Assembly (NCBI GenBank): GCA_010093815.1
Contig: ML996576.1
Reading direction: 5' to 3' (one strand)
DNA from: Pseudovirgaria hyperparasitica
Taxonomy: Eukaryota
DNA length: 64,000 nt
The position numbers and the translations under genes are program-made. Position 1 is the first letter of the stretch, and each line of letters begins with the position of its first letter. Below are positions 63,831-64,000 of this stretch, in pieces. The notes beneath the pieces were generated by a model. It ran no database searches. It was not told the origin of the DNA and saw only the letters and a list, made by a program, of their open reading frames with translations.

Positions 63831-64000
63831 AGTATATGCGGGGATTTCTCTGGCTCTATCGAAAAGGAAGTGGACAGGCGTTCTGCATTGCTGGCGTAGA
63901 TTTTGATAGTTGGACATTCAGAGCAAGGTGCAACAATCTGCATTCAGATGAGACACGAGAACATTCGAACAGTTCATATGGGAGAAAAGTTTATCTGGCG

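Overview
Eukaryotic genomic DNA from a filamentous ascomycete. The basis is short 45-160 nt GT..CTRAC..AG introns and Pezizomycotina-type proteins; the species cannot be determined from the sequence. About 22 protein-coding genes are supported. 0-18.5 kb holds housekeeping genes: an APH/AIM9-like kinase-fold protein, a Xi-class GST, BMT2, an HTD2-like dehydratase, an AVT1-like transporter, eRF1, prephenate dehydratase and a P5B ATPase. 18.8-30.2 kb is an accessory-looking block: heme-thiolate peroxygenase, short secreted tyrosinase, Baeyer-Villiger monooxygenase, a TF-like protein and a secreted lipase. The rest carries VPS45, RFC3, an MFS transporter, an SNT1-like protein, DYS1, a MATH-USP-MORN-RING protein, AP-2 mu, succinyl-CoA ligase alpha and ELP3. 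Five observations stand out: (1) the eRF1 3' end has a leaky TGA-C stop, a stem-loop, a second in-frame stop and a 3'UTR intron, matching a readthrough/NMD autoregulatory layout; (2) a sharply bounded ~21 kb domain (about 37.1-58.5 kb) is saturated with microsatellites, including inside exons; (3) an in-frame, stop-free, hairpin-containing intron sits in the second SANT domain of SNT1; (4) the peroxygenase appears to lack the canonical distal Arg/Glu pair; (5) a pseudo-deubiquitinase is fused to a RING ligase. No tRNA, rRNA, transposon or CRISPR array was recognised. Exon boundaries were read by eye and family calls come from recognised motifs, not database searches.
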